From positions 218,650-282,649 of the forward strand of contig CAVYQN010000001.1 of assembly GCA_963770685.1 (NCBI GenBank): a stretch of DNA of 64,000 nucleotides. The letters run 5' to 3'. The stretch is from Candidatus Krumholzibacteriia bacterium. Lineage in GTDB: Bacteria; Krumholzibacteriota; Krumholzibacteriia; Krumholzibacteriales; Krumholzibacteriaceae. This document shows, one piece after another, positions 61,184 through 64,000 of this stretch (positions are counted from its first letter, which is position 1; each line of letters starts with the position of its first letter). The notes below the pieces were generated by a model, which was given only the letters and a program-made list of their open reading frames with translations, was not told the origin of the DNA and made no database searches. Both the position numbers and the translations under genes were made by a program.

Positions 61184-61891
61184 TCACCATGTGCCCGGCC
61201 GCCGCCCGCCCCGGCCCCCTCCGCCCATCCTCAGCAACCCGGGCCGCTTGACGAGCAGGTACAGAAAAGCGGCGGTCAGGGACAGCAGGGCCAATATCAG
61301 GACGGGACGGTCCTGAAGGAGGCGCGGCTTGATAAGGACCGATATCAATATCCCCGATATCGCGCCCCCCAGGTGGGCCTCATGGCCTATGTTTCCGAGA
61401 CCCGTCCTTATCCCCCATACCGAGACGGCGATGAATAGTATCCCGAACAGCCAGGACGGCATGGCCACCGGGAGGAAGAGTATGGATATCGAGCTGTCCG
61501 GGAAGAGCAGGATGCTCGAGTAGATGACGCCGCACACCGCGCCCGAGGCGCCCACCGCCCGGTAAGACGGGTTGTTTCTCTGAATATAGAGCGCCAGCAG
61601 GTTTCCGCCGAGCAGGCTGCCGAAGTAGACTGCCAGGTACGGCATGAATCCGAAAACCGTTCCGACGCCTATGCTGAAAGAGTAGAGGGCCATCATGTTG
61701 AAGAGCAGGTGCGCGACGTTGGCGTGTAGGAACCCCGACGAAACCATCCTCACGACCTCGCCGCGGCCGAGGATATCGCCGACCGAGAAGACGTTGCGCT
61801 CGAAAAATCTTCTGTCGCCGAACCCCCTCCATGAAAAAAGAACGTTGGCGATGATAAGCATCACCGTAAAGGCTTCGTTCGCGGCTTCCAT
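61184..61891 (-). CDS. Rhomboid family intramembrane serine protease
   Basis: GASGAVCG (GxSG) and AHLGGAISG (catalytic His) in TM helices. Confidence 0.7.
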   Translation of the reverse strand: MEAANEAFTVMLIIANVLFSWRGFGDRRFFERNVFSVGDILGRGEVVRMVSSGFLHANVAHLLFNMMALYSFSIGVGTVFGFMPYLAVYFGSLLGGNLLALYIQRNNPSYRAVGASGAVCGVIYSSILLFPDSSISILFLPVAMPSWLFGILFIAVSVWGIRTGLGNIGHEAHLGGAISGILISVLIKPRLLQDRPVLILALLSLTAAFLYLLVKRPGLLRMGGGGRGGRRPGTW

Positions 61892-61927
61892 CCGATTGTC
61901 ACCCTCCCGCGCGCCGGCGCGGCGCAA

Positions 61928-62527
61928 TCACAACGATATCGCGCCCCTTGAAATATCCTCGACCTTGCTCCTGCAATCGGCCAGCGAATCCTCCGGAACC
62001 CTCCCCGTCAGCACGACGAGGTCCGCGTATTCCACTCCGTCGATCTCGCCGCCCGCTTCGAGTATGGCATCCCTTATCTTCTCATGAAGGTTGTACGGCA
62101 TCTCCAGCCTGAATTCCCTTCTCGGCACAAGCCTCTTGACCGGAAGGCCTGCCAGGACATCTTTCGCGCAATCGCCGTAGGCCTTGACGAGACCGCCGGT
62201 CCCGAGTTTCGTGCCTCCGAAATACCTCACCACCATGACGAGGACGTTGATTATAAGGCTCCCCTTCAATACCTCCATGACGGGCCTCGCGGCCGTGCCT
62301 TTCGGTTCCCCGTCGTCGCTCATCCCCGAGTTCTCCGTGTTGGCCCCGCCCGTGATGAACGCGAACACCACGTGGTTGCATCCGGGGTGCTCCCCCCTCT
62401 TCTCCGCGACGAGCCCTCTCGCTTCGGCCGCGTTTGACACCGGAACGGCGAAGGCGAGGAACCTCGAATTCCTGACAACGGACTGGCACGAATTCGCGCC
62501 GTCCGGAACGTATCTCTCCATCTTCAT
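61928..62527 (-). CDS. YigZ/IMPACT family protein (UPF0029)
   Basis: VVRYFGGTKLGTGGLVKAYG and DDGEPKGTA match the E. coli YigZ signature regions. Confidence 0.75.
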   Translation of the reverse strand: MKMERYVPDGANSCQSVVRNSRFLAFAVPVSNAAEARGLVAEKRGEHPGCNHVVFAFITGGANTENSGMSDDGEPKGTAARPVMEVLKGSLIINVLVMVVRYFGGTKLGTGGLVKAYGDCAKDVLAGLPVKRLVPRREFRLEMPYNLHEKIRDAILEAGGEIDGVEYADLVVLTGRVPEDSLADCRSKVEDISRGAISL

Positions 62528-62665
62528 CAGGGTCCCTCCGGATTCGCGGAATAATAACAGTTGAACGCGAGGGAGCTTTCATACTATTTATTACGTGACG
62601 ACTGTTCAAGCATTGTTTTCATGCCTCGGCCCCGACGGGGGCGGAGGCGGAAGTGGAGAGTGATT

Positions 62666-63892
62666 ATGGCCGATGTCACCGCGAGATTCCTCGAATACGT
62701 GAAAATAGACACGAAGTCGGACTACGATTCGACAGCCAATCCGAGCACGCCCGTGCAATTCGACCTCGCCCGGAAGCTGGTCGGCGAATTGAGGGCACTC
62801 GGCCTCGGGGACGCAGCCGTCGACGAAAAATGCTACGTCATGGCCACCCTCCCCGCGAATATCGAGAAAAAGGTCCCCGTCATAGGGTTCGTCGCTCATC
62901 TCGATACGAGCCCCGACATCTCGGGCGCCGGGGTGAAGCCGCAATTCGTCAAGAACTACGACGGCGGAGACATCGTCCTTAACAAGGCGGAAAATATCAT
63001 TCTCTCTCCCGGGGATTTCCCCGAGCTGAAATACTACGAGGGGCAGACCCTCATCACGACCGACGGGACGACCCTGCTCGGCGCGGACGACAAGGCCGGC
63101 ATAGCGGAGATCATGACGGCGCTCGAGCGCCTGTCGAAGCACCCTGAAATCAAGCACGGCACGATCAAGATCGGTTTCACGCCGGACGAGGAGATAGGCA
63201 GGGGCGCCGATCATTTCGACATAAAGAAATTCGGGGCCGAATACGCCTACACGCTCGACGGCGGGCAGCTCGGCGAGCTCGAGTTCGAGAATTTCAACGC
63301 CGCGAAGGCTACGATCGCCGTCAAGGGCCGCAACGTGCATCCCGGTTACGCCAAGAACAAGATGATCAACTCGATGATCATAGCGATGGAATTCAACTCC
63401 ATGCTCCCGGTGCGCGAGACCCCGTTCAACACCGAGAAATACGAGGGTTTCTTCCACATGACCAACATGAGCGGCGACGTGGAGAACTCGAAGCTCGTTT
63501 ACATCGTGAGGGATCACGACATGAAGAAATTCCTCGCCAGGAAGGAACTGATGCTGAAGATCGGCGCCTTCCTGAACGAAAAGCACGGCGAGGGGACCGT
63601 TTCGGTCGAGCTCGAGGATCAGTACTACAACATGAGGGAAAAGATAGAGCCGGTGATGCACGTCGTCGATCTCGCCGAACGAGCCATGCGGGACGCCGGG
63701 ATCGAGCCGAGGAAGACGCCGATCAGGGGAGGCACCGACGGGGCGAGATTCTCCTACATGGGGCTTCCGACTCCGAATATCTTCACCGGGGGCCACAACT
63801 ATCACGGCAGGTTCGAATATATTCCGGTCGAGTCGATGGAAAAGGCCGTCGAGGTGATCCTCGGGATAATATCGCTGTACGCCGCCAAATGA
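62666..63892 (+). CDS. pepT: Peptidase T (tripeptide aminopeptidase, M20B)
   Basis: ATG at 62666 after [38 protein letters not shown] and GFTPDEEIG match PepT. Confidence 0.85.
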   Translation: MADVTARFLEYVKIDTKSDYDSTANPSTPVQFDLARKLVGELRALGLGDAAVDEKCYVMATLPANIEKKVPVIGFVAHLDTSPDISGAGVKPQFVKNYDGGDIVLNKAENIILSPGDFPELKYYEGQTLITTDGTTLLGADDKAGIAEIMTALERLSKHPEIKHGTIKIGFTPDEEIGRGADHFDIKKFGAEYAYTLDGGQLGELEFENFNAAKATIAVKGRNVHPGYAKNKMINSMIIAMEFNSMLPVRETPFNTEKYEGFFHMTNMSGDVENSKLVYIVRDHDMKKFLARKELMLKIGAFLNEKHGEGTVSVELEDQYYNMREKIEPVMHVVDLAERAMRDAGIEPRKTPIRGGTDGARFSYMGLPTPNIFTGGHNYHGRFEYIPVESMEKAVEVILGIISLYAAK

Positions 63893-64000
63893 GGCCCCGG
63901 GGCCGGCGAGGCAGGGTCGAAGGCTAGAGGTTCTGTTTCCCGGTGATCTTGTCGATATCCAGCCGGAGAATCGAGAATTTCTCATAGGCAGAATCGTCGG

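Noticed and set aside
62606-63985. 459-aa minus-strand ORF
   Set aside because: Antisense to pepT. The sense strand has a textbook peptidase T. The antisense product is Arg/Gly/Pro-rich.

Overview
High-GC (~60%+) chromosomal segment of a Gram-negative bacterium. Four proteins carry type IX secretion (T9SS) C-terminal sorting domains, so the host is most likely from the FCB/Bacteroidota-related superphylum; this is an inference from gene content. I call about 50 protein genes, one initiator-type tRNA-Met, several terminators and promoters, and no CRISPR arrays or mobile elements.

Main content from start to end:
- Ppx/GppA phosphatase fragment at the window edge, divergent from rlmN (576-1607).
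- A frame-broken T9SS zinc metalloprotease (1637-2719) and a BamA/TamA-like Omp85 gene (3145-4630).
- An ECF sigma module (4724-8459): sigma, DUF4097, zf-HC2 anti-sigma, a stop-start-coupled small ORF, and a bactofilin-like membrane protein.
- eno-ftsB-tRNA-fMet (8706-10527).
- Secreted and lipoprotein genes: a PHP-domain T9SS protein (10568-12526), a 745-aa lipoprotein (12561-14798) and a tricorn protease homolog (15098-18271).
- A long minus-strand transporter and methyltransferase run (19641-29976): zupT, STAS, ubiE, SSF and POT symporters, trkAH.
- ADP-forming acetyl-CoA synthetase (30482-32797).
- A 15.5-kb composite efflux locus (32931-48412): ABC ATPase, ABC-2 permease fused to a catalytically degenerate M1-aminopeptidase-like domain, TolC, membrane fusion protein (MFP), two tandem RND pumps, a TM-extended ABC ATPase paralog, and an ABC-2 permease.
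- A myo-inositol synthesis module (51122-54384): inositol monophosphatase, divergent LysR with a perfect operator-like palindrome, and inositol-3-phosphate synthase.
- DegP and acylphosphatase (54474-56344), a gingipain-like C25 peptidase with a T9SS tail (56522-60184), patatin, rhomboid, YigZ and PepT (60191-63892).

At least eight conserved genes carry single-site reading-frame breaks. I interpret these as indel errors in the assembly rather than real pseudogenes.
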